From: an uncultured delta proteobacterium
GTDB lineage: Bacteria > Desulfobacterota > Desulfobacteria > Desulfobacterales > Desulfosalsimonadaceae
Direction of reading: 5' to 3'
DNA: 64,000 bases
Assembly: GCA_963826785.1 (NCBI GenBank)
Contig: CAWGYD010000008.1
Location: 224,001 to 288,000 of the forward strand
Positions 9,979 through 21,154 of this stretch are shown one piece after another; the first letter of the stretch is position 1, and each line of letters begins with the position of its first letter. The translations under genes were made by a program, and so were the position numbers. Under the pieces are notes generated by a model, which saw only the letters and a program-made list of their open reading frames with translations, did no database searches and was not told the DNA's origin.

Positions 9979-10677
9979 ATGGATGTCAAATCAATTCGAA
10001 TCGCACTGGCACTGGCGGCCGCCGTCGGCTGCTTCATGTTCTGCCCGCCGCTTGAGGTTCGGGGAGCGCAGCCGTCCGAACCTCAGGCCCGCACGGATAT
10101 CAGCCAGGGAAACGCGCTTTTGCTGGAAGCGTCTTCTCCATTTGAGGACATGATCGAAGCGGCCCTCGCGGGAAACGGAAGCGGCGTTCAAAAAGCACTT
10201 GCCAGCTATGGCCGCATGGCCGCCAAAGTTCCCGACGCCCTGCCCGCGGCTGCCCGGCCGGATCTGGAAAAAAGGGTGGCGCAGATCCGTGACGCCGAAG
10301 CCCGGAAGGATCTGCAGGCCGTGGCTGAAAACGCGGTGGAGGCGTACCGGATTCTGATCAATGGGCTCAATCCGTTACAGGCCGCCGTTCCCGTTTCCGT
10401 TTCGCAGCTCGACTACGTCGGCTTCAAACAGCGGGTCCTTCTGCACGCCCAAAACACCGACTGGGCCGCCCTTTCCGAAACCGTCCGGACGGCACAGCAG
10501 AACTGGCAGTCCTTGTCGCCGCTGATTCATGACAGCGGGCTTCGGGACGCCGTGCAAACCATGATCAACGGCATGGAAGCGGGCATCTCCCTCAAGCACC
10601 CGGCGATGGCTGAGTTTGCCGCCCGAATGGACCTTGCGCTGGTCGATCTGATAGAAAATTATTTTACCCGGGGTTGA
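9979..10677 (+). CDS. Exported helical hypothetical protein
   Basis: GGGAG RBS; N-terminal hydrophobic signal-like segment; Ala-rich helical body. Confidence 0.65.
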   Translation: MDVKSIRIALALAAAVGCFMFCPPLEVRGAQPSEPQARTDISQGNALLLEASSPFEDMIEAALAGNGSGVQKALASYGRMAAKVPDALPAAARPDLEKRVAQIRDAEARKDLQAVAENAVEAYRILINGLNPLQAAVPVSVSQLDYVGFKQRVLLHAQNTDWAALSETVRTAQQNWQSLSPLIHDSGLRDAVQTMINGMEAGISLKHPAMAEFAARMDLALVDLIENYFTRG

Positions 10678-10753
10678 ACGTAAGAAACTCCCGACCCCGC
10701 TGCGCGGTATTTATACAGGAAGGAGCTTTCGAATCGTAACAGCCGTCGTCCGT

Positions 10754-10881
10754 ACACCCCCCTTTTATTCCCCCCTCAAGGGGGGACTCATTTTTGTGTA
10801 CCCCTTACTCTCTTTTTGTTCTCCCCTGCGAGGAGGGACTTTTTTTTATTCCCCCCTCTCAGGGGGGACCAAGGGGGGTGT
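10754..10881. repeat. CCCCCCTCAAGGGGGG-family element with degenerate internal tandem units
   Basis: Starts ACACCCCCCTTTTATTCCCCCCTCAAGGGGGG and ends GGGGGGACCAAGGGGGGTGT; lies between convergent genes. Confidence 0.8.
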
Positions 10882-10962
10882 TGGACCTGCAGATAACGAA
10901 GTAAATGAAACCACTTAATCTGTTTGCCGGGTTAAGTGCTTTGGAAGGTCAAAGATTTTCTA

Positions 10963-12546
10963 TTAGTTGTGCCCGCCCGTTTTGGGCGGCCGGTCCGCCC
11001 TGCCGGGGAGCAGAAATATCAGGGGGATGGTGCACAGAAAAAGAATGCCGAAGACGATGGACACGTCATTGTAGGCCATCATGGTCGCCTGGCGGTTGAT
11101 GATCCGGTCGGTGAGGGCATAGATGGCATGCTGCATGGCGGCGGGATTCAGTCCGGAATGACCCAGCGCGTTTTCGGCAATACGGCGGTATTCAGTGTAA
11201 ACCGGGTTGAAGACATTGACGTGATCCACCATGTAGGCCCGATGGATCTGCTGCCCCCGGGCCACCAGGGTGGCGGCCAGCGCATATCCGATATTGCCGC
11301 CGATCCGGCGCGCCAGGGTGTAGACGCTGGTGGCGTCGGTCATGTCCGGTCTGGGCACCATGGCCAGCGACACGGTACTCAGCGTGACGAACATGAAGGG
11401 CATGCCCACCCCCATGATCAGCAGCGTGGGGACCAGGTTCCAGAATCCCGCCGCCAGCGACAGTTTGGACAGGTCCTAATAGGCCCAGAAGGTGATCACC
11501 ACCCCGACCAGCACCAGCACCCGTGCATCCACACGGTTGTAAAGCCGGCCGACGATGGGCATGAACAGCATGAGCATCGCCGCGCGGGGGGCGAGCACCA
11601 TTCCGGCCTCCAATGCCGGGTATCCGAGCAGATTCTGGGTAAACTGGGGCAGGATAAAGGTGGTGCCGAACAGCGCCACTCCGAAGATGATCCCCATGGC
11701 CGAACCGATGGACAGGGGTATATTCTTCAAGATGCGGAAATTGATCACCGGCTCCGGGATTTTCATCTCCCACCAGACCAGGAACAGTGCGGTCACCGTA
11801 CCCACAATGGTCCCCATGACGATCATGTTCGATTCGAACCAGTTTTCGCTCTGTCCCCGCTCCAGCACCACCTGCATGGTGGTCAGGGCAACGGACAGCA
11901 GGGCGATTCCCACCCAGTCGATTTTTTTGACCCCCCGGCGCAGGTAGGCCGGATCATGGACGAAGGCACCGACCATCAGCATGCCCACAACGCTGACCGG
12001 GATGTTGATGAAAAAAATCCATGGCCAGCCGTAATGGTCCGTGAGCCAGCCCCCCAGAATCGGCCCCACGGCCGGGGCCAGCACCACCCCCATGCCGAAG
12101 ATGGCCATGGCCATCCCCTGCTCCTCCTGGGGAAAGGATTCCCGCAGGATGGCCTGGGATATGGGGATCAGCGCCCCGCCGCCGATTCCCTGGATGACCC
12201 GGTAGACCAGCATCTGGTGAAAGGTGGTGGCTGTGCCGCACAGGATGGATCCGACCGTGAACAGCCCGAAGGACCACAGGTAGAGCCGTTTCCGGCCGAT
12301 CAGCGTACTCCACCAGCCGGACATGGTCACCATGATGATTTCGGCGATGCTGTAGGCGGTGGCCACCCAGGTGATGGCGGACAGGTCCTCGCTGAAGCTG
12401 CCCATCATGTGCGGCATGGACACATTGACCACGCTGATGTCCATGACCGCCATGAACGCGCCGAACATGACGGTGATGGCCACGACCCACTTATTGACCT
12501 CTACCAGGGGGGCTGAAGCGGGAGGGGGTTGATTTGCCGAATTCAT
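10963..12546 (-). CDS. emrB: DHA2 (EmrB/QacA) MFS efflux permease interrupted by an in-frame TAG at 11476-11478
   Basis: MAVMDISVVNVS, WVATAY, RVIQGIGGG, WPWIFFINIP; the downstream ORF 10963-11415 is in the same frame. Confidence 0.85.
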
Positions 12547-12550
12547 GGGG

Positions 12551-13771
12551 TCAGACGCCGGCCGCACCGGCCTTTGCCGGCGGCGCCGATTTTTCTCCGC
12601 CGACATCGGCAGTGATGTTGACTTCCGGCACCACCGACATGCCCGGAGCGAGCAGGAGATTGTCCATTTCCGTTGACGGATCGAAAACGATCTTTACCGG
12701 TATGCGCTGGACCACCTTGACATAGTTGCCGGTGGCGTTTTCCGGGGGGAGAAGGCTGAAGCGAGATCCCGTCCCGTGCTGAAAGCTGTCCACATGACCA
12801 TGCAGGGTCAGGTCCGGATACGCATCCACATGGATGATGGCCGGCTGCCCCTTCCGCATGCGGGTCAGCTGCGTTTCCTTGTAATTTGCCGTCACCCATC
12901 TGTCCCGGGTCACCAGGGCCATCAGCGTTTGGCCCACCTGAACGAAGGTACCCGGCTCCACCGCCTTTTTGGTGACAAACCCGTCTTCGGGCGCATGGAT
13001 TTTGGTATATGACAGGCTGAGTTCGGCCTGCTGCATCCGGGCGCCGGCCTGATCGACATCGGCTTTGGCGGCTTCCACCCGGGCAGCAGACTGGCGGCGG
13101 GCATCTGCGGCGGAGTTCACGGCCGCTTCGGCCTGCTGCACCATGGCATCGCGGGTATCGACATTCTTGCGGGCGGCGGCCAGCTGGGCCGCTGACACCT
13201 GCTCCGCAGCCACGGCATGGTCCAGCTGCTGCCGGGCAATGTTGTTGGTCTTGGCCATTTTTTCGGCGCGCTTCAGATCGACCAGGTCGCGTTCATGAAC
13301 GGCCTCTGCAGATGCCACTTCAGTTTTGGCCTGGGCCAGGGTCGATCTGGCGATGGCGAGCTGGGCCAGGGCCTCATCATACTGGCTTTTCGCCAGGGCC
13401 TCGCCCGCCTGCGCGGCCTGCATTGCCGCCCGGGCCGATTCCAGCGCCGCCCGGGCGGCATTCAGACCGGCCTGGAGGTCGTTGGGGTCGACTTCGACCA
13501 GCAGGTCGCCGGCCTTCACCTGCTGATTGTCCTTGACGAGAACCCGGGTCACATGTCCGTTCACCCGGGGGCTGACCGCCACGATATGGCCGTCGATAAA
13601 GGCATCATCAGTGGATTCATACGCAATGGCATGCAGGTAATAGGGAATGCCGAACGCCAGCCCCGCGATGATCAGGGCCGCCAGGGACAAGCGCAGAAGC
13701 AGGCGGCGGCGGTTCATGGGTTTGGGTATTGGGCTGCCGCCTTCGTCTGAATTCGTTTTTGTCTCTGCCAT
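12551..13771 (-). CDS. emrA: EmrA/HlyD membrane fusion protein
   Basis: ESTDDAFIDG, LSYTKIHAP, ANYKETQL, FSLLPPENATGNYVKVVQRIPV. Confidence 0.93.
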   Translation of the reverse strand: MAETKTNSDEGGSPIPKPMNRRRLLLRLSLAALIIAGLAFGIPYYLHAIAYESTDDAFIDGHIVAVSPRVNGHVTRVLVKDNQQVKAGDLLVEVDPNDLQAGLNAARAALESARAAMQAAQAGEALAKSQYDEALAQLAIARSTLAQAKTEVASAEAVHERDLVDLKRAEKMAKTNNIARQQLDHAVAAEQVSAAQLAAARKNVDTRDAMVQQAEAAVNSAADARRQSAARVEAAKADVDQAGARMQQAELSLSYTKIHAPEDGFVTKKAVEPGTFVQVGQTLMALVTRDRWVTANYKETQLTRMRKGQPAIIHVDAYPDLTLHGHVDSFQHGTGSRFSLLPPENATGNYVKVVQRIPVKIVFDPSTEMDNLLLAPGMSVVPEVNITADVGGEKSAPPAKAGAAGV

Positions 13772-13933
13772 TTACACGTACTTTCCCCGGTTTTCCCGCC
13801 GCCCTTCAGGACCGGCAGGGATGAACTGCATTGGTAAATGATGAATCGTGACAAAAAATACACAGATGCAGCCGCAGCGTCAAGTCGATAAACCCGCGGC
13901 CATTGGCGGCTTCTATTTTGAAGCCTCTGGGAT

Positions 13934-15607
13934 TTAAGGTAAAATCAGGATGGAGGTAGCGCCAGGATCGGCATGAATCTTCAACCGGCGGGCATCGGGC
14001 AGGACAAGGTGCAGGGTGCAGGGCCGGGTCCCGGTGTTGCGAAGGATCATCCGCCCATGGCCGATCGGCCGTATCCATGCCGTGGTGCCCCGCATCCGTT
14101 TGATCGCTGCATTTTGCGTCCGCAGGGTCCAAGTACCGCCTGAAATTGCCATCGCCGGTTCTTCGGCAAATTCGGATCGATTGCCCACCACACCGCGGCA
14201 GCGGCTTTCATCTCCGGCCAGCACATGGTAATTCAGCTCCGCCGGTAAAGCGGAAAGCAGGGTCGATAGATTTTCGGTGGCGACAAAGACCGCTTCCGGT
14301 CCGGCGAGCAGTTTGGCCGCCTCCCCTGGATTCAGGCAAAGCCGGTTGACCCCCAGCCGATATTGCAGGTCATCGGAAAAGATGAAGCTCAACGGGAAAA
14401 AAGGTCCGCAGTCGGCTTCCAGGCGTTGTGCAAACTCCCGGTTGGCCAGGCCCCGGGCCACCATGGGATTGCCGGCCCGGGGAACAGCCAGGTACCAGGA
14501 TTCATAGAGGAGAAACAGGAGTGTGAATGCAGCCAGGGCCGACCACCGGCGAAAGCGCCAGGATTGGGACCAACGGCCCAGTAAACGACCCTCCAGGATG
14601 GCCACCGCGGGCAAAAGCGGGAACACCAGGTCCCCCCGCTTGTGGCTGGCCAGCATCAGCGCCAGCAGGCCGATGCCGATTTGCGCCGCGATATATCGTT
14701 CCCCCCGCCGTTCAGAGGGCTGCGTTGCCGGATGCCGGAAGATGCGATACAGTTCCCAGAGGAAAAGCGGCGTCCATGGCAGCGCTCTGGAGAGAAGATA
14801 CAGCGGCGGCTTGACGGATGAAAGCAGCCGATGCATGTCCATGCTGTGACCGACGGCATTTCCCCACAATTCGCGCATAAACACCCGTTCGTGAAATGCC
14901 GGCCCCATGTCCCACCAGGCCATTGCCGCCCATCCGCCCGCCAGGACAAGCGGAAGAATCACCCCGTGCCACCAGGTCCGGGGGAGCCCTCTGGCGGCAG
15001 CACTGCTGCGATTCCAGAAAACGGCGGACAGCCCGGCAAAGCCCAGCAGGATGGCAAACGGCCCCTTGGTCAGCGTGCCCAACGCCGCCCAAAGCCAGGC
15101 CCACCACCATCCCCGGCCCTTCTCCCATGCCCGCCAGGCCTGCCAGGCGCAGAGCACCACAAACCCCGTAAACAGGCCGTCGGTGCGCACCAGCGCGGTC
15201 TGCTTGATGGCGGCATTGGTGGCCAGGTAGCAAAGGACCGCAAGCCAGGCCGAGTGCTCATCCGATGCCAGGTCCAGGGTCCAGCGCCAGATCCCCCAGG
15301 CGGCGATAACCGTCCCCAGCAGCGCGGGCAGCGCATAGGAGAAGCGGCCGGCCCCCAGCATCAGGACGACCAGGGCGCCGAGCCAGTTATAGAGCGGCGG
15401 CTTGCTTTCCACCCCCCCGATGTTGTCCACCTGGCAGATCCAGTTTCCATTGTAGGCCGCATCCAGGATATAGGCGCAGACCTTGACCTGATCCCGGTTG
15501 CGCAGGTCATCCGGGGTGGCCATGCGCAGAAGAAAAGCGCCCCCTGCCAGCAGAAAAATGATCAGCGCTGCCCGGAGGCCCGGTTTGATTCCGATTTTTA
15601 GCGGCAT
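13934..15607 (-). CDS. ArnT/PMT-like (GT83) membrane glycosyltransferase
   Basis: ESKPPLYNWL, RTDGLF, LGTLTKGP, HKRGDLVFPLLP motifs and many TM segments. Confidence 0.8.
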   Translation of the reverse strand: MPLKIGIKPGLRAALIIFLLAGGAFLLRMATPDDLRNRDQVKVCAYILDAAYNGNWICQVDNIGGVESKPPLYNWLGALVVLMLGAGRFSYALPALLGTVIAAWGIWRWTLDLASDEHSAWLAVLCYLATNAAIKQTALVRTDGLFTGFVVLCAWQAWRAWEKGRGWWWAWLWAALGTLTKGPFAILLGFAGLSAVFWNRSSAAARGLPRTWWHGVILPLVLAGGWAAMAWWDMGPAFHERVFMRELWGNAVGHSMDMHRLLSSVKPPLYLLSRALPWTPLFLWELYRIFRHPATQPSERRGERYIAAQIGIGLLALMLASHKRGDLVFPLLPAVAILEGRLLGRWSQSWRFRRWSALAAFTLLFLLYESWYLAVPRAGNPMVARGLANREFAQRLEADCGPFFPLSFIFSDDLQYRLGVNRLCLNPGEAAKLLAGPEAVFVATENLSTLLSALPAELNYHVLAGDESRCRGVVGNRSEFAEEPAMAISGGTWTLRTQNAAIKRMRGTTAWIRPIGHGRMILRNTGTRPCTLHLVLPDARRLKIHADPGATSILILP

Positions 15608-15789
15608 ATTTGCTTACAGATTCAGCCTTGAACCGTTGATATCTGATTTTTCCGGGTGCCGGACAGACACATGCCCTGTTTCGGCCCGCGCAAGGTATTC
15701 TTCATCGATAATTTATGAACATGATGATCAACGGATGCAAAAGACGAAACGAAAAGAAGGGAAAAAGATGACGGCTGTGGGGGGAAGTT

Positions 15790-16390
15790 TCAGGAGTGGT
15801 GGAGGTTCGACAATGCCTGGTCTATTTTTTTCTCGAATCGCAAAATCCGGTCCCCGGTCAACTTTTCACTCCTGTACAGCGAAAGGTATTTCAATCTGCT
15901 CTTTTTCGCACATGCGCCCAGCAGGGCCAGCTTCAGAACCTTTCTTACCGGCCGGCGCATGATCAGATGATCCACCCACCAGGGGGCGCCCAGGGAGGTG
16001 ACCGCCACCAGCTATTTTCAGTTTTTCGAGCCGGGGCGTTATCGGTCCGAAGTCGTTTGCATGATCGTAGGCGATGCCGGGGCCCCAGACGCGGTCGAAC
16101 CACCCTTTGAGGATGGCCGGAAAGCCGAACCACCAGGTGGGAAAGACCAGGATGAGCGCTTCGGCCCCCAGCAGCCGGTCCACCTCTCCGGCCACCGCGG
16201 AGGCGTCATAGGGGTTCTGGTAATAGGTGCTGCGCTCCTGTTTGGTCAGGACCGGCTGGAAATTCTGCGCATAAAGGTCTTCCAGGATGACCTCGTGCCC
16301 CAAATCACCCAGCCTGCGGACAACCCTTCGGGTCAGACGCATGCACAGGCTTTCGGATACGGGATGTGAGGAAACGACGAGACACTTCAT
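15790..16390 (-). CDS. NAD(P)H-dependent oxidoreductase (flavodoxin_2 family), frameshifted near 16010
   Basis: SHPVSES, DLYAQNFQP, FPTWWFGFPAILKGWFDRV; the C-terminus continues in ORF 15790-16008. Confidence 0.85.
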
Positions 16391-16397
16391 CGATTCA

Positions 16398-16799
16398 TCA
16401 TGCACTTTCATCCACGGCGCTCAGGTTGTTCTCATCAAAAACCTGTTTGGCGATAAAAAGTCCGTTCAGCGCCGCGGGAAACCCCGCGTAAACTGCCATC
16501 TGCATCATCACTTCCACGATCTCCCGCGGCGTCCAGCCGATATTGATCGCATTGTTCACATGCCCCTTGAGCTGGGGCCCGGCGGTGCCCAGGGCGGTCA
16601 AAGCCGCCACCGTGCAGATCTGGCGGGTTTTCAAATCCAGCCCGGGCCGGCTGTAAATGTCGCCGAAGGGAAATTCGATGGTCAGATCCGCAAAATCCGG
16701 GGCAATATCCTTTAACGATTCGATCAGCCGATCGGGCTGCTTCTCATCGAACTGGGCCAGCTTCTGATATCCCCGTTCATATCTTTCCGATTTCATCAT
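16398..16799 (-). CDS. Carboxymuconolactone decarboxylase family protein
   Basis: FGDIYSRPGLDLKTRQICTVAALTALG, QMAVYAGFPAALN. Confidence 0.92.
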   Translation of the reverse strand: MMKSERYERGYQKLAQFDEKQPDRLIESLKDIAPDFADLTIEFPFGDIYSRPGLDLKTRQICTVAALTALGTAGPQLKGHVNNAINIGWTPREIVEVMMQMAVYAGFPAALNGLFIAKQVFDENNLSAVDESA

Positions 16800-16819
16800 C
16801 TCTCCTTGTTTTGTAAATT

Positions 16820-19798
16820 TCACGAGCCGTCTTCATGCGCGGCCGCATCCGGGGCCGAAAGCAGGTCGATGAGTTCCTCGGAGGAGAAGGTTTTAAGCAG
16901 ACCCGGATCATCTTCGGCGATAACTCATCCATGAGGTTTTTCTTACGGGCGATAATGGCGGAAATCTTTTCTTCCAGGGTTCCCTCGGTGACCAGCTTGA
17001 ACACCTGCACACCCCGTTTCTGACCGATCCGGTGCACCCGGTCCGTGGCCTGATCTTCCTTGGCGGCATTCCACCAGCGGTCATAATGGATCACAACCGA
17101 GCCGGCGGTCAGGTCGATCCCCGTGCCGCCGGCCTTCAGGCTCCCGACGAATACCCGGCAATCCGGATCTTATTGAATCTGGATCGATCTGCTTCCGCCG
17201 TTTCCGGGTCTGGTCCCGGTAAGGGTCGCATACCCGATGTCGCTTGCGTCTCAGGTAATCGGCGATCATGTCGATCATTGTCAACAAACTGGCTGTACAC
17301 CACCACCTTCTGTCCGTTGTCCAGGCACTCGTCCAGAAGTTCCAAAACAGGTCCCACTTTCCGGAATCGAGCTGTTCCGCCGGTCGTTATCCACGGTTGT
17401 CCTTGACGAGTGCAGGATGGTTGCAAATCTGCTTGAGCAGCATCAGCAGGGCAAAAATGTGGATATAGTCGATGCGGCTTTTTCCGCTTTGCAGGTCTTT
17501 CCGGATCCGCCCCCCGGTCCGTCCACTGGCTTCCCGGTACAGGCGGACCTGGATATCGGTCAGGGTGCAGTAACGGATGTCTTCTATTTTTTCAGGAAGT
17601 TCCGATAAGACGGATGTCTTCATCCGGCGCAGGGTAAAGGGGGAAATCAGGCGGCGCAGTTCCCGGCGTCTTTTTGGCATCGAAGAAGATGAATCCGCAC
17701 CGTAGCGAAAGGCGAAACGATCGTCCTCCCCCAGAAATCCCGGCAGCACCAGGTCCATCAGCGCCTTGAGCTCGGTGAGCCGGTTCTCGACAGGTGTCCC
17801 GGTGACGCCGATCTTGATTTCCGCCCGGATAGCGCTTGCCGCCTTGTATGAGAGGGTATCCGCGTTTTTAATGGACTGGGCTTCATCAAAGGCAGCCAGG
17901 GCAAAGATTTTTTCGGATAAAACCCCGGCATCCCGAAGCAGTATCCCATAGGAAGTGATCATCACCCGGCCGGGGACAGCCCTGGAAGGAAATTCCCGAT
18001 TGTACCCGTGATATACAACCGGCTTCAGGGCCGGCGCATGCTGCTGAATTTTTCGTTCCCAGTGGGAGATCACCGTGGTCGGGCAGACCACCAGGAAGGG
18101 TTGGTCGACTTTCCGCTCTTCCAGCAGCCAGACCATCAGCGCCATCACCTGGTGCGTCTTGCCCAGTCCCATATCGTCGCACAACAGTCCGCCGAACCGG
18201 TTTTCATACAGGAAGGTCAGCCATTCCACGCCATACTTCTGATAATCCCGCAGGGGGGAGGAAAGGCCGGCCGGCTGTGTAAATGCCGCCGGAGATTTGA
18301 GTTCCAGCAGAGCGGCCAGATCCTGTGCACCTGCAGTATTACCCGAGATCATCACGGGTTTGTCCGTTGCGGCTTTTAACCTGAACAGGTCCAGCCGGGA
18401 CAGCTTCAGATTCCTGTTTCCTGCGGCCAGTGCGGCAAGCACCGGATTTCCGGGCTGACCGGTAAATGCATCCAGGTCAAAGGCGGCGACATCGATCCAC
18501 CCCCGGCTCACCGGAAGGAAGCGCTTTTTAGCCAGTTTGGCCTGGTAAATGTCGGCAAGGGAAACGCTAACATCTTCACCAAAGCCATAGTGGACGGAAA
18601 GCCAGCACCAGTCCCGGTCGATAGCCTCCGGCGTGACCTCGATGCGGCTGCAATCCTTGAATACCGTGATATTCTGGATCGATTCATCGATGATATTGGG
18701 CGGGGCAAAGAGATCCCGCCCCAGTTTTTCCAGGATATCCGGGACTTTTTCCGGCCTGATCCGCCGGGTGAGTTTGCCGCCGAAGGTCTCTATGAGATGA
18801 TCCGGATCCGAAACAGAGGCGAACAACTGCTGCTCGGGAAGATAAAAGAGATCGCCGTATTGAAATTGCCGCACACGGCTGCGGTCGATGGCGGCTGTAT
18901 TTCCTTTTCCATCCGAAAAAAGGAAATGCAGCTTGAGCACCAGGCGGTTTTGATCGTCTGCCGACACTTTCACGATGGAAGTCAGGGGATGCGGGTGGAC
19001 TGTGAAACGCCCCTGGTTATCCAGGCGGCCGGCCAGTTGTGAAATAAGAGCCGGTACTGCCGCGTGCGGGACGGAAACGGTCATCATCGGACCGAGCATA
19101 TCCCGGCAGCGGATGGAAAACAAACCGTCGGACATATCCATTTCACCCGAGATGGCGGTACTTTCCACGTCCGAAATCCGCATGCAGTGGTAAAACAGCT
19201 TAAACCAGAAGCTTTCCTCCAGTGACTGGCGCCGGGTGCGCACGCCTTTTTTGATCATCTGGTATTCGGTTTCGGTGAGGGTCGCCCGGCGCAGCATGTC
19301 AATGATCTCCCCCCTGTTAAACGGTTTTTCTTCGGGGGCGATTCCGCACCGTTCCAGCAGAAGCCGGTTTTCTGAAATGGGAGAGGATTCCGGCAGCCGG
19401 CCTTTGGAAAGATATTCGATCCGGAGGGCATCTGCCGGCATCAGCACAAGGGTTTCTTCTTCCCTGTGACTGACGGCATCCGGTTTGAGACGATACATTT
19501 CCTGGAACACAGTCGCCAGGTGAAACCAGATGCTCCTTCGAAACCGTCCGTCAAAGGCAAGGCAGTCCGTGGGGCTGACAAGGGAGCTGATTTCGCCGAT
19601 ATGATTGCAATGCTTTTTCTTCCGGTACATCCGGCAGCCGCAGCTGAAATGAATTTCCGGATTCCGATCCGGGCAGACCATGATGGAAACACCCGGATCA
19701 TCATCTGAAATATCCGGAACCAGGGCTGCTGCATTGCGGAAATATTCCAGCCGGTGAAAATCCGGCCGATTTTCCGTTTTTGCCAGAACCGCTTTCAT
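16820..19798 (-). CDS. SWIM zinc-finger SNF2-family helicase; several frameshifts in the last ~600 bp, so the 3' end is approximate
   Basis: CGC..CNH SWIM motif; LCDDMGLGKT, DEAQ, TGTPVEN, LKQICNHP; HELICc motifs (WWNAAKEDQATDRVHRIGQ) scattered over different frames. Confidence 0.88.
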
Positions 19799-19951
19799 AT
19801 TTTCCTTGCCCGGCGCATAGGCAGAATAAATGACTGCACTCGATTGATGTGAAATCTTATGGATATTGGCATGTTCTGAAAATGGGTGAATCAGGACCGG
19901 AGTTTAGAACGACCGCTGTGCAGTGTCAAGAATTGAGCAAGAATTTGCGAA

Positions 19952-20317
19952 TCAACTTCTGCCAGATACCACCAGATGTTCCAGATAATCTTTCAATACC
20001 GCTGCATTGTTGCGTTCTTCATCCTTTGCGCTGAAAACCAGGGTCACGCGGCCGCCCCTGGCCCGCTGGGCCAGCTGGCGAAGGGCGTCTTCATGTTCTT
20101 TCAACTCCGAAAGATAGCGTTTTTGAAATGCCTCCCACTGGTCCGGGTCACTGTGAAACCATTTCCGAAGTTCATTTGACGGCGCCGCCTCTTTCAGCCA
20201 TTCATCCAGCCTGGCCTCATCTTTGGAGACGCCGCGCGGCCACAGCCGATCGACCAGCACCCGGTAACCGTCTTCAGGGCCGGGCGTTTCATATGCACGC
20301 TTTAACGCGATGGTCAT
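19952..20317 (-). CDS. DUF488 / YeaO family protein
   Basis: LKRAYE..DGYRVLVDRLWPRGVSK..APSNELRKWF..NNAAVL. Confidence 0.93.
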   Translation of the reverse strand: MTIALKRAYETPGPEDGYRVLVDRLWPRGVSKDEARLDEWLKEAAPSNELRKWFHSDPDQWEAFQKRYLSELKEHEDALRQLAQRARGGRVTLVFSAKDEERNNAAVLKDYLEHLVVSGRS

Positions 20318-20528
20318 AAAACGCCTCCTTCTTTTGGCGGGTCAATGTACGGAAAAAAAACCTGATCTGATTAAAATCCTAAGCACCTGGACAATTTATG
20401 CAATTTTGGGTGAGATGCATGCTCGAAACCCAGGAAAGGTCCGGTTCAGACAACCGGAGCAAAAATTGATGTCACATAACCGCCAATATCGGCTTTTAAA
20501 ATAATGGGATCGCCTGAATCTTTCGACA

Positions 20529-20933
20529 TCAACCCGCGGCGACATGGGTGCTGGTGACTTCCGCCAACAGCTTCCCCTCATTTCCCACGACGCGCGTTCT
20601 GACGACAAAGACCTTTCGGCCTTTCTTGACAAACCTTGCCTCGGCCGAAATTACACCGTCCTTCTGGTTTCCGACCAGCGCGGTATGGACATCGATAGCC
20701 AGCGGAAATCCCCGGCCCTCTTCATCCAGGACCTGCCCCTCCAGGACGAGGATCGATGCGGTGACATCTGCCAGCCAGATCAGGGCGCCGGCCTGTACAA
20801 CGCCGAAAGGATTTCTCATCCCGTCGGTGATCGGCATGCGGCTGACCACAAGATCTTTACGCCTTTCTTCGATAAAGAATTCGATGCTGCCGGTCCTTTT
20901 GGAAGATTTGACATGTTCATGCAAAGTTTCCAT
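20529..20933 (-). CDS. PaaI family hotdog-fold thioesterase
   Basis: NPFGVVQAGALIWLADVTA, KKGRKVFV. Confidence 0.85.
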   Translation of the reverse strand: METLHEHVKSSKRTGSIEFFIEERRKDLVVSRMPITDGMRNPFGVVQAGALIWLADVTASILVLEGQVLDEEGRGFPLAIDVHTALVGNQKDGVISAEARFVKKGRKVFVVRTRVVGNEGKLLAEVTSTHVAAG

Positions 20934-21154
20934 CGAATTTTCCTTTTTTGATAGTAGCAAAAGCAGACACGCGGTTTTCGGAAACGATCATGCTCGAAAC
21001 CAAAAGATACCGCCTCGGTCCCAATGATCCATCCCGGACAATCGATTTTGAGTTTTCCTTTTTTGACTAGATTCCATACGAGAATCTGGACAGATTAAGA
21101 TAGCAGATCTATACTGGAAACAATATGTCATCAAACGGATTCGGAGGAAATAAA

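Noticed and set aside
10936..12516. Long antisense ORFs (also 33012-34562, 51107-52543, 22683-24032)
   Set aside because: Shadow frames opposite well-supported genes in high-GC DNA
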